From NCBI GenBank assembly GCA_030704615.1, contig CM060732.1, forward strand, positions 69,378,001-69,442,000: a stretch of DNA of 64,000 nt, in the 5' to 3' direction. A program made the position numbers and the translations under genes. Shown here piece after piece: positions 1 to 12,280 of this stretch (its first letter is position 1; the number at the start of each line of letters is the position of its first letter). The notes beneath the pieces were generated by a model, which was given only the letters and a program-made list of their open reading frames with translations, was not told where the DNA came from and ran no database searches. Origin of the DNA: Takakia lepidozioides. Taxonomy: Eukaryota; Plantae; Bryophyta.

Positions 1-1115
1 GAAACCCAACGTGAACTGCAACACGTGTATATGTTGGAAGGGAACTTGTGACATAGTACATTCTTGCCCCACAATGCGCCTCACAGAAAGGTCTTTCTTT
101 GCAGAAACTACACTTGAACTGGTTGAATGGAACTTGGGCTCCTGCAATGAACACCTTGTCTGCATTGCCTTCCCAATAGCGGTCATTCCGTTCTCCTTCT
201 TTCTTGAAGAAGGGGCAAGTGCTGCTTTGACATATGAGCTTTCCAACACAAAGAACCTTACTACATTTCACATGATCTGGAACACCAGACATATTGTAGG
301 TATTGGTCTTGCACCAAGGATGACCATCAAACTTGTGGTCCATGCCTTGGAGGGACTGTGAACCACGGTCCGTACGTAGTTTGACCACGGGGGGGAGTTC
401 GTGGATCACTTTTCCATCAAAAGCTCGAGGAAGACACCGAACACGATGCACTGGAATGTGACTATAGTCCAAGTAGAAAGCTCTCCTTTTGATCCATTCC
501 TCCGAGCAGTGGCCAAGATACTCAAAATGGACAACACACCAGAAGGAAATGCAGATGTAGCCTCCTCTGCTAGTCGTGGAGATGAAGATAAACCCCTCGC
601 AGTTTCGCAACAATCAGACGTGGTGTTGTCCAATGGAGTTTTCCGAGGCTTCATGTCGTGAAGCAAGACCGTATGAGCAGATGAGGAAGGTTGAGATCCA
701 CAAAATACACTCTTAGAAACCTCAACACAATCCGAATTATGAGACCCCAAGCTCGCCGAATCTGCAACCTCCTCCTTCAATTTACAACTCCCATTTGTTG
801 CAGCTTGATCGTTTTTCTTGCAATAGAAGTGTGTCTCTCATCATGTGACTGTGTATAGCTCGTACCTGTGACACGGTACTTGGAGAAAGTGTCTGGAAAC
901 AACTCCCATTGCTTTTGGCCGTCATTGAAAACTGGAAGCAACACTGTGGAGGCATCATCATCTCCATCATCCTCCAAAAAAACTGAACCCGGAACAAGTT
1001 TGAATCTATTGCATAACCAAGGTTCTGGGATAATGCACTTGTTTCCATTGCAAGGATAACGAACCACTTTTGCATCAGGTGGACATGAAAGCAATGCATA
1101 TTTTGGTGTAGACAT
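1..1115 (-). pseudogene. 5' part of MULE-like transposase, family A (Cys/His Zn-finger region); runs off the left window edge; frameshifted
   Basis: Manual minus-strand translation of 1-470 gives LPRAFDGKVIHELPP..GMDHKFDGHPWCKT..CVGKLICQSSTC..CSFC..CGARMYYV..TRVAVHVGF. This aligns with MPETFDGDILFELPP..GMDKKHNGHPWCRT..CNGHLRCENLNC..CKFC..CGARMYYV..TRACVHFGF in the 40805 ORF. ORFs 777-1115 and 406-780 are upstream pieces in shifted frames. Confidence 0.85.
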
Positions 1116-2165
1116 TTGGCAATGCCCTCAAAGTTTGAGAGAAGATGCAAAATGAATGAAAGCGCACATCTTGCAAGACCTTATGCAAATACATTAAATG
1201 GCTCACATTACTTATGTGTATCATCAATCCAGAAGGTCCAAATTTTTTGAGGCATGTGCTCCATCCATATTATTCTCTGACAGAAACAACTAAATGGACT
1301 ATCCCCTATTTTTAAGACGACGGCGCCGTTGTTGAGATCTTAGAATCCAATGTACTGCCTTCTTCTTATGAGCATATGAAACATAAATGCTCTGCATGTT
1401 TCCATTTATTTTACAACCAATCGTTGATTAATCGTCCAACTATGAACTGACACACTAGACGGCACAATTTATTTACAATCAAATCCCATGACATGTATGT
1501 TGATTTGTTCTTTGATTACTCATGTATGAGTAATGAGTACAAGTATTTGTGGCGACAATTGACTCTAAAACCAATAAATTGATTAAGACACCCTAACAAA
1601 ATATTTAGTTACTTTATCACTTACTTTATATTGTATTATGAAGGCGCCGCCACAAAGTAACATGTCAATCGTACAACCATCTTCTGAGGATCCACGTGTA
1701 ACCCATGTAGTCCAAAAGCACTAACGCCAGAGTATATAAAAAAGGTTCACATTTCAGATTTGGCATTTTTAAGGCCTTCGCCTTCGCCCAAGCCCCCCTT
1801 TCCCCCCGCTCTCCTTGGCGGGGGCAGGTTTGAACCCGCAACCTAGTGGAAAATACACCACAACTTTACCAACAAACCATGCTCTATTCAATGAAACAAC
1901 CTCTACTTTTTTGTTAATAAACTGTTTCTATTCAGTTAAACTTGTTGCCATTACTACATGACTAACCCGGTATCATTACTACACTAACGTAGTCTAGTAT
2001 ACTTGCACATTATCCCTTGCCACTCCCCAAACAAACACACACAAACTACACAAGCACTTAACACGTCTCTAGTCTCTACACCCTACTCCCGTTGCGAAGA
2101 GGAGACGGAGGCGCCGCATCTCGGCCTTATACTATACCACCCCGAGGCAACGAGCTGTTGCGGCG

Positions 2166-5100
2166 ATGGGGAGGAAGAAGGATTCCCGAGGGGGAGGCGT
2201 TGCTGGTGGTGGTGGTGGTAGAGGCAAGCTGCGGACGGAGAAGGTAAGCTATAGTTTTGTTTTTTTTCATGACCTGCACTTAGGCATATATGCCATCGCA
2301 TAAGCCCCACCAAGCTGCTCCTAATCTAGCACCTCCGCCGGCACAGATGCCTAAGTCACTTCAACTCTCACAAGTTTGCGAATCTCCACACATACACACA
2401 ACCGTCTCCGCCGGCGGAGACAGCTCATTCCCCTTGGTTTTTTCTGATGCTTGGAAGGGCTGGGCTGCCACCTCCGCCGGCGCATACCGTTGGAGCTGGG
2501 ATGCTCACATGTTTCAGGAAGTGCTCCTCTACTCCCATCCCGTTTATTTTTTTGCATGCTCATACATTGCTGATGCTCCGAGCGGGTTGGGCTGGCGTAT
2601 CCGCCGGCGCATACCTGTGCAGCAGGGCTGCTCAAATGTTTCAGGAAGTTCTCCCATTTTCCATCTCCTTTGTTTTTCCGCATGCTCAAAAGTTGCTGAT
2701 GCTCCGAGTGGGCTGCGCTGGCATATCCGCCGGCGCATACCCATTGAGTACATTCTTTTTTGCTCAGTTCATAGGTTTCAGGAACCTCCTGCAAGCGTCT
2801 CCGCCGGCGGAGACACTTGGAGCTTGGTTTTTTTTGCATACTCCCTGTGTTACGGAAGCTCCAAAGCGCCAAGGCTGCCACCTCTGTCAACGCAGACCCG
2901 TGCAGCAGGGCTGCTCACATATTTCAGGAAGTTCTCCCCCCCCCCTCCATCTCTTTTGTTTCTCCGCATTCTCATAAGTTGTTGATGCTCCGAGCGGGCT
3001 GGGCTGCCATATCCGCCGGCGCATACCCATTGAGCACAATCTTTTTTTGCTTAGCTCCTAGGTTTCAAGAACCTCATGCAAGCATCTCCGCCGGCAGAGA
3101 TGCTTGGAGCTTGGTTTTTTGTTGTATATTCCTTGTGTTACGTAAGCTCCAAAGTGTCGAGGCTGCCACCTCCGTCGGCGCAGACGCTTGGGGAACCTTC
3201 CCTATTTTGGTTGATCACAGTATTCAAGTATCTCAAAGCTTCTACGTTGCCACCTCCACAACTCCACATGCTTCCATAGGCCTAGTTTGATCTTTCAAGG
3301 TGCTCCTATATGTTTGGCTACAACCTCCCTTCCATGGTATGCGCCGGCGCATATGCTTGGAGCTCCTTGAGCAAAAATTTCTTCAAGGGCCTCAAATCTT
3401 GTCAAATTTTGAGTTGGTTGCACATATGTGTCATATACGCCGGCGTAGGTGGTCGGAGGTCCTCTGTCGGGATGCTCAGGCCTGTATTCTGCTCCAAGTT
3501 GTAAGCTTTGAAAGACAAGGATATTCATGGAATTAGTTGACTATCCAAATTCATTTGTTTTCTTCATGCAACCATGACACTGAGTTGCTCTTTTTACATA
3601 TTATACATTCACACATGTGCTCTTCTCATACACTGACATCTTGAACTGTTTTGGTCTATGGAATTAGGAAATTACTACTACAACTGAAGCTGTGGAGGCC
3701 GGGACGCTTGCAACCATTATTGACGACATTGATGCAGGGAATTGGGGGGCAGATGAGTATGAAGAGGATACAACATCTAGTGATCCTCTTTCTCTAGATG
3801 CCAAACAGGCAATTATTCTGGAAAAGAAACAAGATCTGAATGTAACTTTCAGGTCCCTCCTCATTGAGGATGGAGTTATGGACATTCCATTGTGTCGCAT
3901 GATTTCTATGCAGGTTGTTAGGCCCGCCCTTGCCAACGACATCCTAAAGCTTAGAGGAGACTTCTATTCTGGATACCATCCAGGAGCAGCCGTGTTCTAT
4001 GTTTCTGTTGAGGGGATTGATGGATCTACTATAGATGTAGGTCCTGATATCATCTCTACATGGGATAGTCATTGGAAAACAGTCAATGATGAGTTTGAGA
4101 AGTATCTTGAGTCCAAGCCAAAGTTGCATCATCTTCGGGGGAAGATGTTTCATGTCTGGGATGGGAATCATAGGCTTCAAGCATGGTATCCCTATATCAA
4201 TGAAGTTCATGGGGCCAACTTGTCAAGACATGTCTGTGTGACAAGTTGGGTGCTCAATGCGGACATTGAAAATCGTGGTTCCCTCAGGTCCATCATGGAT
4301 GGAGTGAATGTGTGAGTTTCCTTTCTATTCTTCATTTACTTTCATGTTCAATGTTGTCATGTTCTTGCTCAATGGATGTACATATACACATCTTCTTTCT
4401 AATGATCATATTTTATATGTGCAGGGCAACAGAGAGGGCACATGTTACATCCAAATTTGTGCACTTGGTTTGCAAGGTCAATATGATTGGCCTTACACCT
4501 GTCTCTGAATGGAAGAATGTATTGAGGAAAGAGCAATACGACGAATGCATCAAGAAAGCAGGAAAGACTTGGTATAACCTGACAGTCCATGCAATGACAG
4601 AGATTTTGTACAAGGTAACATCATGTCTTAACCAAGTTTCATTCTTTGCATCCATAGACAAGATTCACCTCTGGTTCATGTTATGAACTGTTTTGGTTCT
4701 TTTGGCAGCATGATATTGTTGAGGCCCAACGCATGGCGGGGGAAGCTTACAAACTTGCTGAGGGGCCAAAGAGTCAAGAGGGCCTTGAAGATACAATGAG
4801 ACAGGCTGGATTGAAAGCAAGGGAGCAACACAAGAGTCAGCTTGTGAAGTTGCTTCCTATTGCTGATCCAACCCTTGGAGAGGGGTTTCTCCAAGAACTT
4901 AAACTGCATTGGTCACGTGTAAAGGCAGGATCAGAGGAAATGACCCAAGAGAAAATGGTGAACATTGCTACCGCCCGGGTGGATCCTGAAGAAAAGGTGG
5001 AATGGCTACATATATGGAATGGAGACCAAACACTTCACGACCGTAATTTTTTTCCACCCGGGCCTATCAGTGGGCCAACACTTGATCCTTGGCTGAATAG

Positions 5101-7786
5101 AAGGACTTTTTGGTGGCAGGTACATATACAATCACTATCTTCTCAATGCAATTAATTCATTTTGTTGATGACACATTAACATAGTTATTTAACTGACTGT
5201 ATTTTCTGGCAGCTTCGCAAGGTTGCCTTGGCTCAGTTTGCCTTGTACACCACTCAGCTTGGCCAATTTCATGTTGCCTTGGAGGAAGGAGAGAGTGAGA
5301 GTCTGGGAGACTACATGGATACATGGAAGATGACTCATTTCAATGAGTTGTTTCATAGAGAGTTCTCATTGCCAAAGGGGCCATTCAGAGGCAATGATTG
5401 GGAACAACAAACAGGTGGGGAGAAGGTGGTGAGACGGATTTTATTCAAGTACCATCTTTCCATTGCATTGTACATGGATAGTGTATACACCTTGTAAGTC
5501 AAAAATGTCTATGCTTCAAGTATTTTTCTAGTACATTGGGAAATACATGTTTCTTAATGTGCTTGTTCAATTGTTGAACAGGTTGCATAAATATTTGTCT
5601 CCACAATAACTTTGAATGTGTTTGTATTTTAGGTACATGAGATTTGTGCTTGTACCGAGTGATCGACTTAAGGCTGAGCCCAAGTTTCTGATGGCCTGGA
5701 AGTTTGGTGCTCAACAAGCTTCCATGTACACACCTGCAATTGAGGAAGATTGGGGTGTGGAACACCGGGAAGGGGGGGGTTGGTATTTGGATATGCCCAA
5801 GGGTACTATCCCCTATGCAGAAATGGGACTTCATAAGGAATGTGTTCGCAGGCAGTCAGTGAGTGATGAAGGGGTCCTTGTTCTTGATCTGGAGCAAGCA
5901 GAACAGATTGCTACACAGGCCGCTGACACTGTAGCCCAAGTGGTCCCTGCCGTTGTGGGTGTACCAAAACGCAAATCACGAAAAAGAAAAGGTGCGGATG
6001 TCAATGCAGGTGTGGCTTCTATTGCTGGTCCTATTGGTAGTTCTTCACATCCTTCAAATCAGTTGGTTGTAGTGCCTGCACCTGCTACTCGAGGAAACAA
6101 GCCAAAGGCAGGCGAACATCCTTACAGTGCAGTGTCATTTTCTGGTGGTGCACCTAGCATGTATCGCATGAAGATCATGCCTACTCATTTCATTGATATG
6201 GTGGAGGTCCTCAAGTACATCTCCTGATGCGACCTTGAAAGAGCTCATGGAGTTCTTAAAAAATGTGAGTTTCCCCCAACAAACAAACTTGAATGTAAGG
6301 AATTCTTCAATGTTTTTATATCCTCATCTCCGGCTATTGACTCCTACATTTTCTGTATGTTGTTTGCAGTTGCCAGGAACTTGGTCTAGTGTTGTGGATG
6401 GAAAAAGCGTGCTTGTGGCTGTGGACATGATCATCGTGGACTGCCCGACAGAAATGCCTGTACAGGGCTGTTTGGATGGTGTACAGGTTCCTCCCTGGAA
6501 TGCTTTTGATAAACGGTATTGGGAGTATGCATTCTCCATTGCTAATGACCTGTTGGATGACAATGGATGCGTGGTGTTCTTGCAGGGCTCCGATGATTCC
6601 TTTGCATTGGAGCTCTTTTCTTACTCCAGGGGCAGCTCTATTTCCGTATTATCAAGGAAATATACTTGCATCAATACCACCCCTCTACACACTCAGACAG
6701 GAAAGGTAAAAATCATCCCTCTTCAATATCTCATTGTTTGATGTTTCATCTTCCTACTCTCATACATATTATTAAACCATCCGGGTGCACTGTTTTTGTG
6801 GAAATGGCACGTCTAACAGACCATGTTCTTCCACGCCCATGTCCTCACCAAGCAAGGAGGACTATTCAAACTGCGTGAGTCTGGCAAAGTTGTGGACCCC
6901 CTTGCAGACCCTGTTGAGTTGGATGCCAAATACAACCACATTCCAGATGTTGCACTACCCATGTAAACTCCTCAACAAGCCTGGAGGGGTGCGCGAGACC
7001 GTAGTCCCGCCTTCATGCAAGTGTTGTTGGAGACATGCTCACCTCCTGGTTCCCGCATTTTGGATCTCACAGCTGGCACATGTTTGCATTGGTCTCCATT
7101 TTGTAATTAAAATCTTCTGAGCTAATTCATGATCATTAACTGTTATCCGATATAATATCATCATTGCATGTTTTTTTCCTACAGGTTCTACATTTATTGC
7201 TGCCCGCGAGTCTGGACGTCACGTATTTGGTCTTGAGGGGGACCAGACGTTGTATGCAGCACGTCTCTCTGCACTTCAAAATACTCAACCCGTTTTGGTT
7301 TCATCTGTGGAACTCCAACCATTCAACGTCCTGTGAGTTTGTTGGAACCCCCCGCTCCTAAGGTGGCGCGCAAGCTTGGTCTTCATCTTGGCAGTACTTC
7401 CTAGTGAGTATGTCTCGCCTCCATTCCCTTTGTTGCAATCTCTATATTATTTGCAAAGCAAACCATTCCCATTTGATTTGTTAACATAAGTATACATGTA
7501 TGTGTGATGCAGTGATGGGATTGTGCGGACCATCTACGATAGTCTACCCCAAAGTCCTCTTTCATCGTTTTATCTACCTTCGTATGCCGAGTCCCAAGCT
7601 TTGCATTCAATACATCAACAACGTGATGTAGGTCTTTCCAATGATGTGTTGTTTGACCGAAGAGCAGCTATTGTTGGACAATCCGTGGATAGGTTGCGTA
7701 GAGTTGAGGCTTTCATGGATGTGTATGCCTCTGAATCACAGGCTTATGACACGGATGATGAAGTATCAGCTGATGATGTTATGTAG
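2166..7786 (+). pseudogene. Family A passenger gene: ParB/Srx-like N-terminal domain fused to a C-terminal N4-C/N6-A (beta-order) DNA methyltransferase-like domain, ~1100 aa, 10 exons
   Basis: Phase-compatible GT-AG exons: 2166-2243, 3668-4311, 4425-4614, 4709-5119, 5213-5493, 5633-6264, 6370-6705, 6820-7081, 7185-7403, 7513-7786. Motifs: VWDGNHRLQAW (ParB box II-like), VDMIIVDCPT (motif IV position), RSPAFMQVLLETCSPPGSRILDLTAGT[C/G]STFIAARESGRHVFGLEGD (motifs X/I/II). Lesions: +1 at ~6209, TAA at 6964, -1 at ~7311. Confidence 0.8.
2284..3450. repeat. Array of ~11 palindromic CGCCGGCG-core motifs in intron 1 of the family A passenger gene
   Basis: Variants such as gtctccgccggcggagac (~2404, ~2797), tccgccggcgcatacc (~2473, 2600, 2726, 3011) and tatgcgccggcgcata (~3338). 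Part of the array sits in ~127-bp tandem units. Confidence 0.85.
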
Positions 7787-9129
7787 GTAATTAGAAATTA
7801 CATATACAGTACATTGTCCTCATTGTCAGTCCGAATTTTTGGTTATTTTTATGATACATGTATTTCTCTCTAGCGTAAGGTAAAACAAATGGGGCAAATG
7901 ACATGGTGTTGAAATCAGATTTCATGTTATCTTCCTGTCATTTGATTTATCTATGTAATAGTTTGTACATAGATCTCTACTGCATTTCATAGATCCCTTT
8001 ACCTGAATGCAAGTTCGACATGCACTTCAGCACTATCAAATTTCATCATTAGTAAGATCAACCCTTATGAGTATTGTGGCATCTTATGTACACACAGGGT
8101 GACTATCTTTATCTCATTAGTGTTTCATTTCATTAGTGTTTCAAGTCTGAATGGGTAGTGTAGTGGTATGAACTAGGCTTGATACCCGATAGGTTGTGGG
8201 TTCTATCTCTGATGGACATTATGTTTTTGTAAAATAAAAATGTTTCAGAAGATAGATATATAGATACTGCAAAACCTATGTAACAAGATTAAATGGGTGG
8301 TGGTTTGGTAAGGATTATGTTTTTTAAGTTATGAGATTGCGGGTTCGATTACCAATCAATAGTCTTTTTTGTAAAATTGAATTCCCTTGCGGGCCATCGC
8401 CATTTACTACCCAAATGCGCAGGCGGACCATCTCCATCACATTGTCAAGCTCCCTAGCATTCCCTTAGCATTGCTCCATTCTGAACTTCAAACTAGACTC
8501 CCACCATTGGAAGAGCCCGTACCTTCACCATTTGTATCTAACAAGGAGCCGTGCCTCGTCACTTTTTAATTTTTTGACCTTTTTTCTCATGTTGGAAAGC
8601 CATAAAAGCAACATGTTCCTCTCCCATTCCTACACTCACCCATGTGGAATAATAATACAATGAATATGGAATATTCTATATAGAATATTCTTATTCCATC
8701 CTTTGATATTTTGACTATGGACCCTAAGATTAGATGAATCACAATTGTTTTTTTTTTTTTTGGGTACCCTTATTTAAGTGTTGTGCATATAAAATTGTTC
8801 CTATGCATATCTAAAATTTGTATGCACGCATACATTCCTCCATATGCATGCATTTGTGTGCGCATATAGTATAGGCTACCTCTCCAAAGCCACACCACGA
8901 GAAACAAAGAAACATGTCTAAGTTTAAGATGCCGAACAAACTTGTGCACAGGGCTGCCCCTCTCGTCAAGCTCATTAAAATTTGTATTAACTTCCATCTT
9001 CAAGCTTTGGAGAAGCTCCACCACCCAAACCCATAATTAGGACAGCACTCTGATTTCCATCCACTGTCAGCAGAATCAGTCAAAAATCACCCCTTCAATC
9101 AAGTGCAATTGTGGGCTCACTTCCCACCT

Positions 9130-11960
9130 ATGCCGGGTAGACCCCACTATCAGGAAATGGTGGATGGTCTGAGTAGATACACAGATCAATGAATGAAGCG
9201 AGACACTTGCATCTTGCACTCAACAGTACATGATGGTCAGTACTCTCAGGAAATGGTGGATGGTCTGAGTAGCTACACAGATCAATGAATGAATGCTCCC
9301 ACATTTTGCATACATGTCCACGAGGGCATTGTTCAGAATCACATCTGGTACAATTCCAGCTTTGGCGATGCAACCATGCACCTCTTTGCCCTTTTCCAGG
9401 GCTGCCAGGCTTGCACATGCACTGCAAACGCACACAAACGTGATGTGGTCGGGCTTCCCCCCTTTCCCCATCATTTGCTCATAGGTCTCCAAGGCCTCCA
9501 TCCCGCACCCCTGTTGTGCATATCCTGCAAGCATGGCATTCCAACACAACAAATCTCGTTCAGCCATATTGTTCCCAGCTCAAAATGTATAGTCAACAAC
9601 AGTTCTCTACAACTGTTGGCCAGGCTATCCACTTGATAGCAAAGTTCCTCCCACCCAGCACCAAAGGCAGTCATGGGATTTCCACAGACAAAGATATGAA
9701 ATCAGCCTGGAACTTCCAGAGCTAACATTCAACAAGAGAGTGGTGATAGCATGCAACATGCAGCGCTATACCTGAAAGCACTAACTGTTAAAGATTTACA
9801 CATCCGTCATAATTCATGACTTCTCAAACTCTGAATTAGGGGAGAAACAGTCAAGAAAGGGAAAGTATGGCACCTGGTTATGAACCATGTAAAGGAGGAA
9901 GGGCATACAAGAGCCAGCCCCGTACTTGCATGTGGCAGATATGCATTGGCATGTCATTGCACTCCATAAGACCACGTCTCGCTTAGCCATATTGTTGAAC
10001 ACTAGACAGGCCTCCCTTACACTCCCACATTTCGCATACATGTCTGCAACAAAGGCAGTCTCCATATTAATATATGACGGAATTCCAGCTTTGATAATGT
10101 CAGCATGGATCTCTTTGCCCTTCTCCAGGGCCACCATGCTGGCACAAGCATTGAGAACACAAATGAATATATGACCCTGTCGGGCATCATACCTTCTTGT
10201 TGGATTCTATCATAGATTTTAATGGCCTCTGTGCCACAACCCTGCTGGGCATATCCTGCTATCATGACGCTCCAGGAAACCATATCCCGTTCAGCCATTT
10301 TGTCAAATACTTTCAGTGCACCCTTCATGCTCCCACATTTGGCATACCTTTCGACAAAAGCAGTCTCCAGAAAGATATCAGTCCAAAAATCCAGCTTTGA
10401 TGATGTGAGCATGGGCCTCTTCGCCCTTTTCCAGGGCCCCTAGCCTACAACACGCATTGAGCACATACGTAAACGTGACCCTGTCGGGCATCACCCCTGG
10501 TCCACGAGGGCATTGTTCAGAATGACATTGGGTACAATTCCAGCTCTGACGATGTTGCCATGGACCTCTTTGTCCTTTTCTAGAGCTGCCAGGCTTGCAC
10601 ATGCATTGCAAACACACACAAACATGATGTGGTTGGGCTTCACCCCTTCCCCCATCATTTGCTCATAGGTCTCCAAAGCTTCCACCCTGCGTCCCTACTG
10701 TGCATACCCTGCAATCATCGCGTTCCACGACACCACATTTTGTTCAGCCATATTGTTGAAGACTGCCTTTGCATCCTTAATGCACCCACATGTGGCATAC
10801 ATGTCCATGAGGGCAGATTCAGAATGACATCTGGTACAATTCCAGCTTTGACGATGTCACCATGGACCTCTTTCCCCTTTCCAAGGCTCCCTGGCTTGCA
10901 TATGCATTGCAAACACAAACAAACGTGATGTGGTTGGAGCTTCACCCCTTCGCGCATCATTTGCTCAAGCATCCCATGCTTGGTAAATCCTGCCAACATT
11001 ATATTCCACGTGATCAAAGATGGTTGAGGCATTTTGTTGAACACTTGGTGAGCATCCATGATGCTCCCGCACTTGAACATACATGTTGACAAGGGTGTTG
11101 AGTAGAAAAACGTTTGGCGTGAATCCACTTGGGATAATGTGAGTGTGCACCTGCTTTCTAGCTTCCAGGCCTTTCATCTTGATGCACTTATGCAAGAGAC
11201 AGACAGACGTATCTGAATCTGCTGAAATGCCTCCTTGGTTTAAAGTCTGTAGAGCCTCTTTCAGTCTGCCTGCCTCACAAAGCATCTTCACATGCCCATA
11301 AGTGCCAGAAGAGGTATTGTGGACTCCCTCTCTTGATCCTCTACTAGAAGCTGTGGTCATGGTTGAGGTGCCTGATTTTATCAGCTGTTGCCTTTAGTTG
11401 ACCATGTACCCATGCAGGCTTCTTGTAGCTGTTGATCCACAGGGAATTATAGGTAATCTTGTGCTTGAAATCTGGACCTCTTGGATGAATCTGGACCCAC
11501 ATTCTATCCCTGCTTCAGCCATCCATGCCTCTACACAAATCATGCATTCATACTTGCCTCACTACTAGCAGCTGACAATGGCAGCCTAGATTTGGTCTAG
11601 GAAACACCCAGTTGACCATCTACCCATGCACGTTTTAGCTATCCGTCCATAGGGAATCATAGGTAATCTTGAGCTTGAAATCCGGCCCTCTTGGATGAAT
11701 CTGGACCCAAACTCTATCCCTGCTCTGCACAAATCATGCATACATCCTTGCCTTGCCGCTAGAAGCTGATAGTGACAACCTAGATTTGTTCTAGCAAACA
11801 CCGCAACCCCAATTATCACACTAGTTCCTATGCTGACTTGCGGTTCCAACAGGCATTCACCTTTTTGCCTCGATTGTTCCACCCCTTGACTGCGGTCATA
11901 AACTCATTCATTCCAAAGCTTCTCCTCGCCACTGTTATCTGCTCTTCGACCCTTTCCTAT
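9130..11960 (-). pseudogene. Degraded PLS-class PPR gene with N-terminal PDF motifs, paralog of the 53647-58069 gene
   Basis: Many frameshifted PPR motifs ([42 protein letters not shown]). IHPRGPDFKHKITYNSLWINSYKKPAWV at ~11400-11490 and a second PDF relic at ~11600-11710. No DYW domain seen. Confidence 0.9.
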
Positions 11961-12109
11961 TGCCACATTGGCAGTAACATGTCAAAATCACTCCAAAACC
12001 ACCATAGATCCACCAACGAGCTAACTTGCAGAATTCAACATGAAAATTTAAGGACGACTCTGATTACAGGGAAAAACAGGATGAAATATGTTGGAGAAGG
12101 TGCCTTCAT

Positions 12110-12280
12110 TATACCCACATTGCCACCAATATCCTTTGAAGTGTCCAGGCCATCAATCACTTCTTGATTGTAGCCCAATGTATGCTTGAGATCAGCAGAG
12201 TAGAGAGAAAATACGTATGAAATTCCACCGCAGGCTTGCATCCACATGCCAAGACACAACCCTAACCACTTGTCGTTCAT
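12110..12280 (-). pseudogene. Nodulin-like/MFS transporter (NFD4-type) N-terminal fragment
   Basis: KWLGLCLGMWMQACGGISYVFSLYSADLKHTLGYNQ..IDGL..KDIGGNVGI resembles the start of the nodulin-like domain; truncated. Confidence 0.75.

Noticed and set aside
2290-3290. ORFs of 157-231 aa
   Set aside because: They translate the intronic repeat array, overlap in several frames and show no domain signal.
2166-7786. Bacterial or phage contamination as the source of the ParB-MTase
   Set aside because: Nine GT-AG introns, three copies in the window, and plant genes and TEs interleaved.
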